64,000 nt of DNA from Halanaerobiaceae bacterium ANBcel28 (GTDB lineage: Bacteria > Bacillota > Halanaerobiia > Halanaerobiales > DTU029). Where the stretch lies: positions 77,019-141,018 of the forward strand of contig JBBJJH010000001.1 of NCBI GenBank assembly GCA_037623315.1, read 5' to 3'. The position numbers were made by a program, and so were the translations under genes. The notes under the pieces are model-generated. The model made no database searches and was not told where the DNA came from. It saw only the letters and a program-made list of their open reading frames with translations. The first letter of the stretch is position 1, and every line of letters starts with the position of its first letter. Shown here one piece after another: positions 18,368-29,100 of this stretch.

Positions 18368-18412
18368 TTCTCATAAAAAAACAGCCAGCCTATTCAAAAT
18401 GGCTAGCTGTCT
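18368..18412 (-). terminator. rho-independent terminator
   Basis: Minus strand: ACAGCTAGCC-attttgaata-GGCTGGCTGT followed by TTTTTTTATGAG. Confidence 0.7.
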
Positions 18413-18421
18413 ACTTAATCC

Positions 18422-19738
18422 TTAGATTGTAATACTATTTTTCCAACGATTAAACTTTATCTCATCTATACCGTCAACATACATAATCTCTTCAATAGTA
18501 TCAAAGGAACCTTTTCTATTTCTATATTCAATCACTCTTTCTGCAATCACAGGCCCTACTCCCCATAAAGATTGCAATTGATGACTTGAAGCAGTATTTA
18601 TATTTAAGTTCTTAGAAAGATCTTCACTTGTTTTAACATTACTACTTTTCGAAACAGTAATATCATCCTTGATATTACTAAAAGTTCCTTCTCCAATTCC
18701 ATTTACATTCATTATATCTTCGATAGTCTCAAATAGCCCTATCTCTTCTCTATATCTAACTATACGCTCAGACAAAGCAGGCCCAATACCATTAAGTTCT
18801 TGCAACTCACGAGCAGAAGCAGTATTTATATTTATCTTATCTGAAGCACTTTCCTCTATTACAGGAGCTGCTTTAGTATCCATATCTTTGCTTGTTTGTA
18901 TTGAATATTCACTACCATCAGTAATTAGAACAATATCACCATGAAGATCATTCCTATAGACTTCTATCCCTCGGTCAAGAAGAGATTGAAGTACTTCAGC
19001 TGCTGGATGATCAAATCTATTGTCTTCTCCCACCTGAATTATTGCTACTTCTGGCATAACTCTATCTATAAACTCTTCATGACTTGAAGTACTACTGCCA
19101 TGATGGGCTACCTTTAATATATCTGATCTAATATTTAAGCCAGCTTCTAAAATCTTCTCTTCTGCCTTTAATTCAATATCTCCAGTAAAAAGGAATGATA
19201 CATCTCCATATTCTAAATGCAAAACTATAGAGGCATCATTTAAACTATATGCTTCAAGATTCTCCTCATCTGGATGTATAACAGAAAAGCTAAGCTCTCC
19301 TAGATTTATTTCATCACCTGCCCTGGGTGTATAAAAAGGTATATCCTTTTCATATATTAATAACAAGTATTCTTCATAAGTTGTACTTGTATGGACACGA
19401 CCACTGTCATAAATCTTTCCTACTTCAAAATTATTTATAATTGCTGGTATTCCTCCAATGTGGTCTGCATGTGGATGCGTGCCTACAATAATATCAATTT
19501 TTTCGATACCTAGTTCCTCTAAATATGATACCATTTTTTTAGCAACTGACGAATATCTATCACCGGCATCAATGAGCATATTTTTATTATCTGCTGTTTG
19601 TATTAAAATTGCATCGCCCTGTCCAACATCAATATAATGAACTTGTAGTTCAGCCATAACTGGTAGTGTAATAATCACGAGAAGTAATAATAATAAAGAC
19701 AATTTGATATTTTTCTTTGCTATTTTCACAAGATTCAT
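18422..19738 (-). CDS. secreted MBL-fold metallo-hydrolase fused to two ComEA-like helix-hairpin-helix DNA-binding domains
   Basis: Signal/TM LSLLLLLLVIITLPVMA; HYIDVGQGDAILI...GTHPHADHIGG (ComEC-type lactamase_B motif); two copies of INTAS..LQ.L.G(I/V)GP..(A/S)ERI(V/I).YR...G.F..IE.IM.V.GI (ComEA HhH). Confidence 0.7.
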   Translation of the reverse strand: MNLVKIAKKNIKLSLLLLLLVIITLPVMAELQVHYIDVGQGDAILIQTADNKNMLIDAGDRYSSVAKKMVSYLEELGIEKIDIIVGTHPHADHIGGIPAIINNFEVGKIYDSGRVHTSTTYEEYLLLIYEKDIPFYTPRAGDEINLGELSFSVIHPDEENLEAYSLNDASIVLHLEYGDVSFLFTGDIELKAEEKILEAGLNIRSDILKVAHHGSSTSSHEEFIDRVMPEVAIIQVGEDNRFDHPAAEVLQSLLDRGIEVYRNDLHGDIVLITDGSEYSIQTSKDMDTKAAPVIEESASDKININTASARELQELNGIGPALSERIVRYREEIGLFETIEDIMNVNGIGEGTFSNIKDDITVSKSSNVKTSEDLSKNLNINTASSHQLQSLWGVGPVIAERVIEYRNRKGSFDTIEEIMYVDGIDEIKFNRWKNSITI

Positions 19739-19999
19739 CCTTTCTATAACTCATATTTTATGTCCTACCCTATTATAAGTGTCTTGAATAATGTATATTA
19801 TTAAGCCGAACATTTATTGTAATATATTATTGAAGATGTATCAAGTGAATTTCAATAAGAGAATGATTTAACATTTTATTTAAAATGAAATGCTTTTCTA
19901 TACTAAATAAGATTTTTTTGCAGGATATTTCAATCCACATAGATAATATAATAATATATTCTTAATTAAATTTTTACTTAATTTGAAAGGAGAATTTAT

Positions 20000-20218
20000 A
20001 TGAAAGTTACTATTGATAGGTTTGAAAATGGCCAAGCAGTTCTATTGATAAGGGAAGATGAAAAAGAAGAGATTATATTAAATAAAAAACATCTCCCTGC
20101 AGAAGTTAAAGAAGGAGATATCTTAGATGTCAATTTTAAAATTAGTAAATCAGAAACTAAAGAAGCGGAAAAAAGAGTTGCTAATCTACTTGATAAATTA
20201 AAAAACAAGCAAAAGTAA
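20000..20218 (+). CDS. DUF3006 family small protein
   Basis: MKVTIDRFENGQAVLLIREDEKEEIILNKKHLPAEVKEGDILDV pattern; AAAGGAGAA SD. Confidence 0.55.
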   Translation: MKVTIDRFENGQAVLLIREDEKEEIILNKKHLPAEVKEGDILDVNFKISKSETKEAEKRVANLLDKLKNKQK

Positions 20219-20226
20219 TTCTCAGA

Positions 20227-20757
20227 CTAAGCTTTCAAAATCTTATACATTACATAGGCATCTACAAAGCCCAGATCAGGATGGTTGAAAGCTTCAGGTA
20301 ATCTTCCCACAATCTTGTATCCTAATTTCAGCCAGAGACTAACTGCCTTCAAATTAGTAGAAGCAACAAAATTAAATTGCATAGCTCGGAACCCAAGTTT
20401 TATTGCTTCCTTTTGGGAATGCTCACATAAGACAGTACCAAGCCCTTTCCCCCTTGCCTTTGAAGAAACCATATATCCACAGTTGCATACATGACTTCCC
20501 TGTCCACTATGGTTTGTTTTTATATAATATGTAGCTAAAACTTCGCCATCTATTTCTGCCAGATATACCTGCTTTGTTTTTTCTACCCAGACATGATAGG
20601 CCTCTTCTTTGCTCATATCAACAGGGTATTCATATGTCTTTCCTTCTCTTACTATTTCTTCGATTATAGGCCAAATTTGATCAAAGTCTTTCTTTTCTGC
20701 CGTTCTGATAATTAATTTTTTCTCATCTACTTCAATATCTATAAGAATTATTACCAC
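20227..20757 (-). CDS. GNAT family N-acetyltransferase
   Basis: ...VSSKARGKGLGTVLCEHSQKEAIKLGFRAMQFNFV acetyl-CoA binding motif. Confidence 0.7.
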   Translation of the reverse strand: MVIILIDIEVDEKKLIIRTAEKKDFDQIWPIIEEIVREGKTYEYPVDMSKEEAYHVWVEKTKQVYLAEIDGEVLATYYIKTNHSGQGSHVCNCGYMVSSKARGKGLGTVLCEHSQKEAIKLGFRAMQFNFVASTNLKAVSLWLKLGYKIVGRLPEAFNHPDLGFVDAYVMYKILKA

Positions 20758-20797
20758 CTCTAGTTTTTAAATAATTTTATAAGTACTCTATACTCTG

Positions 20798-21034
20798 CTA
20801 ATTTCTAATTTTTGTTCCAGTATAGGTAAAGGCATCACTATTCATCTTAACATATCCTTCTTCCAATTCACCTATTATATTGTCACAATTTCCACATACT
20901 AAATTCTCATCCTTAACTTCTCCATCATATACTCGCTTAATTCTGCTTTTCCAGCACTTAAGAACCTTTCCCATACCAATCTTCTTATATTTCATAATCT
21001 TGGCTTTGCATTTTGCACATTTGATAGTTAACAT
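20798..21034 (-). CDS. small zinc-ribbon protein
   Basis: CAKCKAK...C..CGNCDN cysteine pairs. Confidence 0.4.
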   Translation of the reverse strand: MLTIKCAKCKAKIMKYKKIGMGKVLKCWKSRIKRVYDGEVKDENLVCGNCDNIIGELEEGYVKMNSDAFTYTGTKIRN

Positions 21035-21070
21035 TAAATATCACTCCAATAGAATGTTCACCATTAGCCC

Positions 21071-21640
21071 TTACCCCTCAAACAATCTTTCTATAACTCT
21101 TTTGAACTCATTATACATCTTCAAACCCTCAAGTTCTTCCAAGCTTTCGATAAGACTTTCATAATACCATTTCTGCCGCTCTTTCCCTGCACTAAATCTA
21201 TTCCAAAAGTCCTCTTCCTTTTCATAATTTACTATGTCTCTCAGCATACTCCTGGCATTACTTAGCTTATCAGCACAGCCAATACACTTTACTGCAAATG
21301 GAGCCTTATCACGTAGAAAACTAATTGTATGTTCTTTTCTATCTTGCCATGGTCTATTATCTCTATCTTCTAATTCTTCAGATGCGCCTAAAACTAAATC
21401 CAATATGTATTTACCAAACTCTTCTCTCAATTCTTCTGGAGATACTGACGTATCTTCCAGGACGTCATGTAATAAGCCAGCAGCAATTACCTGAGCATTC
21501 ATACCATTATCCTGCAATATCATTGCAACTTCAAAGGGATGAACAATATAAGGTGTTTCAGACCCTTTTCTAGTACCATCTTTATGGGCAATAGTAGCTA
21601 CTTTCATAGCCTTAGCTACAAGGACATTATTCTCATTCAT
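21071..21640 (-). CDS. HD-domain protein, RelA/SpoT-type (p)ppGpp hydrolase-like (small alarmone hydrolase)
   Basis: ATIAHKDGTRKGSETPYIVHPFEVA...AAGLLHDVLEDT: SpoT/Mesh1 HD motif. Confidence 0.65.
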   Translation of the reverse strand: MNENNVLVAKAMKVATIAHKDGTRKGSETPYIVHPFEVAMILQDNGMNAQVIAAGLLHDVLEDTSVSPEELREEFGKYILDLVLGASEELEDRDNRPWQDRKEHTISFLRDKAPFAVKCIGCADKLSNARSMLRDIVNYEKEEDFWNRFSAGKERQKWYYESLIESLEELEGLKMYNEFKRVIERLFEG

Positions 21641-21660
21641 CTAATCTGATCTCCTCCTAA

Positions 21661-22473
21661 TCACTCTACATTATCCCTTGGTGTATAATGTCTTTTTAAC
21701 CATTTACACAAACCATCTAAACCAGGAAAGAGTACTCTTTCTGTAATATTTGCCTGATCAAGTTTGTCCCTTATTTCCCACTTTAATTCTTTGGGAACTA
21801 GTATCTTCTTATATAAACCAGGATGCTTTTCTAACCACTCGTCTAATACTAGCTTGGGATCTGATAATACAGAAAAGAGAGCATACTGGTTGATTATTCT
21901 GCCACTTGAAGAAGGTGGCTCAAAAAAGAATAGAACTGGATCTTCAGAAACATTATTTAGTTCTATAAAATTATCAATCTCTTTATTTAACATCTCTGCT
22001 GTAAAACTATCTGCTGCTTCATTGTTTAATATGTTCAAAAGTCTTGCTGGTAATAATTTTTTTACTTCAACAAAATTAATACACCAGATAACACCATCTC
22101 TATCAAATTGATCTATATCTTTTGTTGCAAAATGCAATGCTACATAGGGCGAATACGTCCAATCTAGTAATCTTGTGGGCAAACCGTGATGTTGTGCTAT
22201 AGATAGATAATTCCAGAAACCCATTTCTCCTGTAAAAGAAGAACTTGAATATTTTATAAAGTTCCTCATTAAACTTTTTTCTAGAAATTCATACTCATCA
22301 CAAATAAGTTTTAGACTTGTTTTTAATTCATGTTTCTTATCAGACATTCCCCTATATACAAACTTAGAACGATACCTAGATATTTCCTCATTCCAACTAT
22401 CACTAAATAATTGTTCCTGGAGATCTCCCCAACTCTTAACCTCAATAACTTTGTCCATCAAATCCCCTTTCAT
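21661..22473 (-). CDS. FRG domain protein
   Basis: FVYRGMSD...AQHHGLPTRLLDWTYSPYVALHFA matches the FRG domain signature. Confidence 0.6.
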   Translation of the reverse strand: MKGDLMDKVIEVKSWGDLQEQLFSDSWNEEISRYRSKFVYRGMSDKKHELKTSLKLICDEYEFLEKSLMRNFIKYSSSSFTGEMGFWNYLSIAQHHGLPTRLLDWTYSPYVALHFATKDIDQFDRDGVIWCINFVEVKKLLPARLLNILNNEAADSFTAEMLNKEIDNFIELNNVSEDPVLFFFEPPSSSGRIINQYALFSVLSDPKLVLDEWLEKHPGLYKKILVPKELKWEIRDKLDQANITERVLFPGLDGLCKWLKRHYTPRDNVE

Positions 22474-22769
22474 TTTAACTGAACTTTCTTTAATTAAATT
22501 TCAATATATCTACCCTTTGATACTTCCTCTAAAACAACTTCGTATTTAGGATTTAATTTCGTATCACTTTCACTTTTTTCTACTAAGCTTTAACTATATC
22601 TTTACCAAAAGGCATTAAAGACAAATAAGCAAGTTTTATTCAATATACTTTTTAAATAATTTCTGCAAATATTGCAAAATACCTTTTTTTGAAAATTATA
22701 CAATACTAGCATTCCCACACTAGATAATATCCACATACAATATACTAATATTATTAAGGTGGTGAACTT

Positions 22770-23351
22770 ATGAATGATTATAGAAAAGCCAGACTTATGC
22801 AAGAATCTGCCACTTACCCGCGTATAATACGCCCTGATAATCTTGCATTAGAACAAAGAATAAATAGTTTAATAAGAAGGACTGTAGAAGAAACATTACC
22901 TGCCGGAAGATATCGAGGTATGAACATTATTTCTGCAGCTAGTCAATATGATACAAAAGTCAATCAAAATGAAGTATTAAGCCTTAGATTTGAAAACTAT
23001 TATTACCCGGAAAGAATGGCAAGTGGTATTACTGAAGTTAGAGCTTTAACAGTGAATCTAATTACAGGGAAAAGATATAAACTTGGCGACCTCTTTACAG
23101 CAAATTACCAGTCTTATCTATCAAATATAATAGAAAGGCAGATAAAAGAACAGGATATTACACTAATAAATGAATTCCCTGGAATTACAGGAAGAGAGGT
23201 TTTTTATCTAACAGAAGAAAGTCTTGTCATTGTGTATCAACGCTATGAATTAACCCCGGGATATTATGGTGTTCTAGAATTTAATATCCCCTATACTGAA
23301 TTAAGCCCTGTAGTTAGAAAAGATGGAGCAATTGATATGATTATTAATTAA
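22770..23351 (+). CDS. DUF3298/DUF4163-like (RsiV/PdaC-like fold) protein
   Basis: AAGGTGG SD; low-certainty motif resemblance. Confidence 0.4.
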   Translation: MNDYRKARLMQESATYPRIIRPDNLALEQRINSLIRRTVEETLPAGRYRGMNIISAASQYDTKVNQNEVLSLRFENYYYPERMASGITEVRALTVNLITGKRYKLGDLFTANYQSYLSNIIERQIKEQDITLINEFPGITGREVFYLTEESLVIVYQRYELTPGYYGVLEFNIPYTELSPVVRKDGAIDMIIN

Positions 23352-23354
23352 TAT

Positions 23355-23936
23355 TTACAAGTCAAATTCACTCTGCAAATCATTAATCCTTGATTCTAAA
23401 CTATCTAAGTGAAAGCTATAGATTTTCCATTCACTATCGTGTAAACTCAATATTACCTCTTCTTGATGAGAAACTTTTTCAGCTTTTTCTAACTGTTCTA
23501 CCAAAATTTCTTCAATTCTTTTATCAATAATTTCTTGACTAGCTCCACCAAACTCTAAGCTCAAAACTATTCCTAGTGCTTCTTCTAAAAATCCTGTAAA
23601 TACTTGCTGAAAATTAGGTTTAAATAGATTAATATTAACTGTCGCAATACCATATTCATTATCTATTTCAGTTCCCTGAGTTTCAAGATCTATGTATTCT
23701 ATAAGTGTCCTTACGAATTCATCCTCTATTTCTGTAATATCAGGATCAAAAGCCCCTATATCACCTTCACGTTCTGGATGAATTCGTTTTCTAACTTCTT
23801 CAATATTTCCTTCTTTAAAATACTCCCAATATTCGTTTACAACCTGATCCGGAGCTATCGTGGGTGCGGAACATCCTCCTAAAATAATCAATACTAAGAA
23901 AAATATAATTATAGAATACATCCTTTTGTTTTTCAT
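23355..23936 (-). CDS. lipoprotein, unknown function
   Basis: Signal peptide with lipobox LILGGC. Confidence 0.55.
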   Translation of the reverse strand: MKNKRMYSIIIFFLVLIILGGCSAPTIAPDQVVNEYWEYFKEGNIEEVRKRIHPEREGDIGAFDPDITEIEDEFVRTLIEYIDLETQGTEIDNEYGIATVNINLFKPNFQQVFTGFLEEALGIVLSLEFGGASQEIIDKRIEEILVEQLEKAEKVSHQEEVILSLHDSEWKIYSFHLDSLESRINDLQSEFDL

Positions 23937-24242
23937 AGCTAATTCTCCTTTTTAATTAATTCTTTAAAACTTTAAAACTATATTTATTATATACTTTTAT
24001 CAATCATATAATTCATGAAACTTTCTATATTTTTGAATGTCTATGTCCCATCGAAATAGCTATTAAAAATATTAATTTTTCTCGTATTTTTGCAGGGAAT
24101 TTTATCTTGCATATCCAATATTATTAATAAGTAATTAAATAAACATGATATAAATTCTAATCATTCTAAAAAAAGATGAAAGGAGGATTCATATAACGTT
24201 ATTAGAAAGATTAAAAAACTTAATGTAAAGGAGTTAATATTT

Positions 24243-24872
24243 ATGAATAAAAAATTATCTTTTTTAGTTTTATTTTTTCTAATTTTATTAGCTTTCAATG
24301 GAAGAATATTTGCTTGTGAAGATCATTCTACATGTACTCATATTAGTACAAGTGTTACTAGAGTAGAACCTGATGTAATAGAAGAATGTGGACAAGTACT
24401 CATTCTTGAAGATCCTGAGATTAGCATTTATCTCCCAGCTAATTGGCAATATAATATTACTACTGGAACTACAAGAAGAATAAATGATATCTTCATAGAA
24501 CAAATTTTTTACGCCACTGGAGAAATGGAAGGGGAACATTATATAGTTGGTATTGCAAAAGACCGTGGCAATAAACTTCTAGAGCTAGCTTCTTATGGTT
24601 TCCCTCCTACAAAAACTGGTAGGATAGTCAAAAATGATGAAGTAAAAGGAAAAATCAATATCTATTCTTATGAAATAGATGAGTCATTATCTTATACAAT
24701 CAATACTTATTATCTACATAAAAATCATATACTGGAAATTATATTAAGCACTAGCGAAGAAGAAAGAATTGATCTTTTAAAAGAAATAATTAGCCAAACA
24801 ATTAAAAACTATAATTCAGAATTTGAAATTATAATGGATGATTTAGAAATTATAATGGAAGATCTAGATTAA
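24243..24872 (+). CDS. secreted hypothetical protein
   Basis: N-terminal signal peptide; AAAGGAG SD. Confidence 0.5.
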   Translation: MNKKLSFLVLFFLILLAFNGRIFACEDHSTCTHISTSVTRVEPDVIEECGQVLILEDPEISIYLPANWQYNITTGTTRRINDIFIEQIFYATGEMEGEHYIVGIAKDRGNKLLELASYGFPPTKTGRIVKNDEVKGKINIYSYEIDESLSYTINTYYLHKNHILEIILSTSEEERIDLLKEIISQTIKNYNSEFEIIMDDLEIIMEDLD

Positions 24873-24887
24873 AATAACATAGTGAAA

Positions 24888-24927
24888 AATGTAGCTATAT
24901 CATAAATAGCTACATTTTTTTACTTCT
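24888..24927. terminator. bidirectional terminator
   Basis: AAAAATGTAGCTAT-atcataa-ATAGCTACATTTTTTT. Confidence 0.7.
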
Positions 24928-24944
24928 ATGTACTTTTTCATAAC

Positions 24945-25895
24945 TTATTCTAAGCCAACTACATCCTGATAAGCCTGCTCTATTTTCTTCAATTCTTCTT
25001 TTGACAAATCCCAATCGGCTGCAGCAGCATTTTCTTTAGCCTGTCCAACTGTTTTTGCTCCTACCAATGCTGATGTAATTCCTTCTTGCTGCCTTACCCA
25101 ATTTAAAGCTACATGAGAAACAGGTGAATTATGATTTTCGGCAATTCTTTTTAATACTTCTACCAATTTCAATGCCTTTGAACGATATGGAGCCTTAAAA
25201 TACCGGTAAAACTTACTTCTCTTATCTCCTTCTTTCAGTTGAGATTCTTCTGTATATTTACCTGTTAAAATACCTCCAGCAAGAGAGCCATATGATAAGA
25301 TTTCAATCTGCTTTTCTCTACAAAAATCTAATATATCACCTTCTATATCACGGTCTAATATTGAATAACGAGGTTGAATGCAATCAATTTCAGCTATATT
25401 GCTTGCTTTTTTTAATAATTCAAGATCAAAATTAGATACACCTATATAGCGTATTTTTCCTGCTTCTTTAAAGCTGTTTAACTCCCCAAGAGTTTCTTCA
25501 AGTGGAGTATCAGGGTCAGGCCAATGAATAAAGTAGATATCAATCATATCTGTTCCTAGACGAGTAAAAGAATTCTCTATTTCTTTTCTTAAAGATTCTG
25601 CTTTTAGATTGCGCAGAGTTTTAGCATCTTCATTTGCCCAGGTCAAACCACATTTTGTAGAGATGATTACTTTATCTCTTTTACCCTTTATTGCTTTTCC
25701 AACAATACTTTCAGAATGTCCCCTTCCATAAGCTGGAGCAGTATCAATAAGATTTATGCCACTATCTATTGCTGCTTCAATAGTTCTAATGGACTGGGAA
25801 TCATCCGTTGCACCAAAATAATTGCCTCCCATCGCCCAAGTTCCCAATGCGATAGCTGATACTTCTAGATCATTGCCAATTTTCTTATATTTCAT
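24945..25895 (-). CDS. aldo/keto reductase
   Basis: LGTWAMGG...IDTAPAYGRGHSE AKR motifs. Confidence 0.85.
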   Translation of the reverse strand: MKYKKIGNDLEVSAIALGTWAMGGNYFGATDDSQSIRTIEAAIDSGINLIDTAPAYGRGHSESIVGKAIKGKRDKVIISTKCGLTWANEDAKTLRNLKAESLRKEIENSFTRLGTDMIDIYFIHWPDPDTPLEETLGELNSFKEAGKIRYIGVSNFDLELLKKASNIAEIDCIQPRYSILDRDIEGDILDFCREKQIEILSYGSLAGGILTGKYTEESQLKEGDKRSKFYRYFKAPYRSKALKLVEVLKRIAENHNSPVSHVALNWVRQQEGITSALVGAKTVGQAKENAAAADWDLSKEELKKIEQAYQDVVGLE

Positions 25896-26122
25896 AGTTA
25901 CTCATCCTCTCTTATGTAAGTATATTAATGCCTATTTATTATTTCTAGATTGTTTTTATTATCTCCTGCAATTTTTCATATAATTAGCTTAATTCATTTT
26001 TTACTATTTATATTAGCAAGTAAAAATTAGCTTAAATACAAAATCACCTCCTGAAATAATCATTTACAATTATCACAGAAGGTGATTAGAGATATCATTG
26101 TACTAAGTAGAGTTATTCTGTA

Positions 26123-29100
26123 TTAAGTAGAGATATTCTGCAAGTTTTGCTTATTAGCAATCAAGTTTAGATTTTCCCCTATAGTATTTAATTCTTTAAT
26201 TACTTCTTTTACCCTTTGACCGTCTTTTTCTGATTTTTTATCAAGGTAAATTTTCTTGATTTCATTCCATCTTTTTTCTTGTTCTGCTGACATTCTACTG
26301 CTAATTTCATAGAATTTTAGCAAACTAGCTTCTGCATGTGTTGCTAATGTCTGAGCATCATTGATATAGCTATTTTCTACTAATGCATCTATTTCCCCAT
26401 CATTCATAATAGAAACTACTTTTTCTACGATTTTATTCATATTTCTATAAGATCCTTGTAACTTAAATGGAGGTTCTGTTCTATATTCATCATTCTGAGA
26501 TGAAGAATATATATACTCCATATTTACCCGTAATATTTCATCCCTTATTTTAAGACAACTTCGTAAAACACTTAAAGCTTCTTCTATCTCTTCCTCAGTA
26601 TAAGTTCCACTTAAGTTAATCTCATCTCTATTTCCTGTGTTTACAATTTGAATTAGTTTATAGATATCCTCTGGCTCCTTCATATAAATAGCATTTAGAT
26701 GCTTATTTGAAGTAATTGAATTCTCTATATAACTTAACTTAAATGCTTCTTCATTTTCCCTCAACATATCTCCTAAATTATAAACATCTGCTCTGTTAGC
26801 TAGCATATCAGGAATCTTGAATTTATCTCCACTCTCAGTGTAAGGGTTACCGGCCATCACTACACAGACCTTTTTTCCTCTAAACTGATAGCTTTTACTA
26901 AGTCCCTTGTAAACACCTTCTATCTTTCTCTGCCCATCACATAAAGAGATAAACTTCTGTAAGAATTCTGGATTTGAATGCTGGATGTCATCTAAATAAA
27001 TCATCACATTATTCCCTATTTCAAAAGCTAAGTTTAGCTTTTTAATTTCCTCTCTAGCACTAGCATTCTCGGCCTCTGTAGGATCAAGAGAGCAAACTCC
27101 ATGACCAATAGTGGGGCAATTTATTTTAACTAGGAGCATATTCAATCTATTAGCAACATACTCTACAAGGGTTGTTTTCCCATAGCCTGGTGGAGAAATC
27201 ATCAAGAGCATTCCCATATTGTCCGTTCTCTTACTCTTTCCTGCTGTACCTATCTGTTTGGCTAAATTATCACCAATTAAGGGCAAATATACTTTATCAA
27301 TCAACTTACTACGAACAAATGATGTTAAAACTTTTGGTTTTAAATCTTCAAAATTAAGTTCCTTTTTAATAGTTCTAATCTTTTCAAACTTAAGTTTCTG
27401 AAACTCTTTATATAGAGGTATTATCTCATTTGTGAAATTATCCATTTTATCAAAATAGTCTACTAGATTTATTTTGTATTTACTATTATCAATTACTTTA
27501 TGGTTTCCAAACAACTTATTTATACTTATTTCTGATTTTTTATTAACAATTCTTCTTTTCGAATAATCCCCGAAGATCAAGATAGCCAATACTTCGTATA
27601 TATAATCACTAGAAGATATTTCTTTCTCATATAAATAAGATTGTAACCATTCATATATCAATATATATTTTCCCTCTATATCTTCATCTAATTTTTCTAT
27701 AGATTCTTTAAAATCCTTCTTCCCATTATTTGAAATCAGAAAGTTATTAAATTCTTCATATAATTTAGCTGCCTCTGCACTTAAAACAAAACTTTCATTC
27801 TGACTAATTTCTTCAGCCAGATATTTTGCTACTTTTTCACATGAACTACATTCTATCCACTTATTTTTTTCCAAAAAAGATCTTATTTCCTGACTTAATG
27901 CCGGGATAAACCCTAGAAGCAAATCCCTTTTGGAATGTTTAGAGATCAGATTTGCAGCCTTCAATCTTTTAGCCAGTTTTTCTTTTACTTCTTTTTCCAG
28001 GCCAATTTCCCAAAAAATATTAGCTATAGCTCTGATTTTAGGATTATATGAAGCCAGTTCTAATTCAAGGTAAGTGTCTACTATAGCACTTAGTATCTTT
28101 TGGCCATCATGGTCATGAACTCCTTTTGTATAGTATTCATTGGAGTGATTTTGAATATATTCTTTTACGATTTTCTCTAATTTCTGCTGACCCTCTTTAT
28201 ACAAGTCTTTTAAAGACTTATCTTCCTGATATCTTTTAAAAATATTGTATGCTAGAAATTCTCCACGATAGACATTGTCATTTTCAGATATAAGTTCTTG
28301 TTCCCAAACAGCTTGATAGTTAATAAAGTCTCCTCCATCTACCTTTTCCCAAAAATCTGTACCTGAAATATGAAAATAGAATCCATCTTCCTTTTTCAAT
28401 AAACTAAGTTCAGCCTTTTGATTGTTAACAAGAAATTGATTATTGCCAAATTTAATTGTATTTTCATCCAAAAATAGTTCATTTTTATCTTTAAGCTGTT
28501 TTACAGAAGATTCTTTTAGAGATTTTAACTTGTTTTCGATATCATCGGCTTTAGTACTATCCCCAAGTTCAATTAACTGTTCTATAATATCTCTTATTTT
28601 TTCTACCATAGGACTAGTAGAGAATAACTCAGTAATTGCACTTACTTCTTCCAAAGATTGTATTCTATTTTCTAAATTCTTCAATATTCTATCTGCTGCA
28701 TTACCTAAAGAAGCAATTTTTCTATTTTTCTTTTCAATTAACTGCTGTTTTTTCCCTTCAAATGTTGATATGATATCTTCCCTTTTTTCCGTTAACATTA
28801 CCAGGAAGTCATCAAAATCAGAAAACTCACTTTCTAATTCATCTATCTGAATTATTATTTTTGACATATATTCTTCAGTTTTTGCCACAGTATTAGATAA
28901 ATCTAAATGGTTAGAGACAGCATGAGTTAAAAGATTTAGTTTAGAATAAAATTCTGCTTCTTTTTCTTTAGAATTCAAATTATCTATTATATTTTTTAAT
29001 TTAGCCTTACTCTGATTTAAGTTTGAAAAAAGCACAGAAATCTTATCAATAATCTCAGCCGTTTTTGTTGAATCTTCGATTTTTAAATTATTCACTATAT

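Noticed and set aside
22602-22802. 66-aa minus-strand ORF in the FRG / DUF3298 divergent intergenic region
   Set aside because: No SD, hydrophobic low-complexity sequence. It overlaps the start of the plus-strand gene.
26104-26140. Direct repeat TAAGTAGAG(T/A)TATTCTG x2 at the 3' end of the giant ATPase gene
   Set aside because: Only two copies, straddling the stop codon. Most likely a chance duplication or part of the terminator region.
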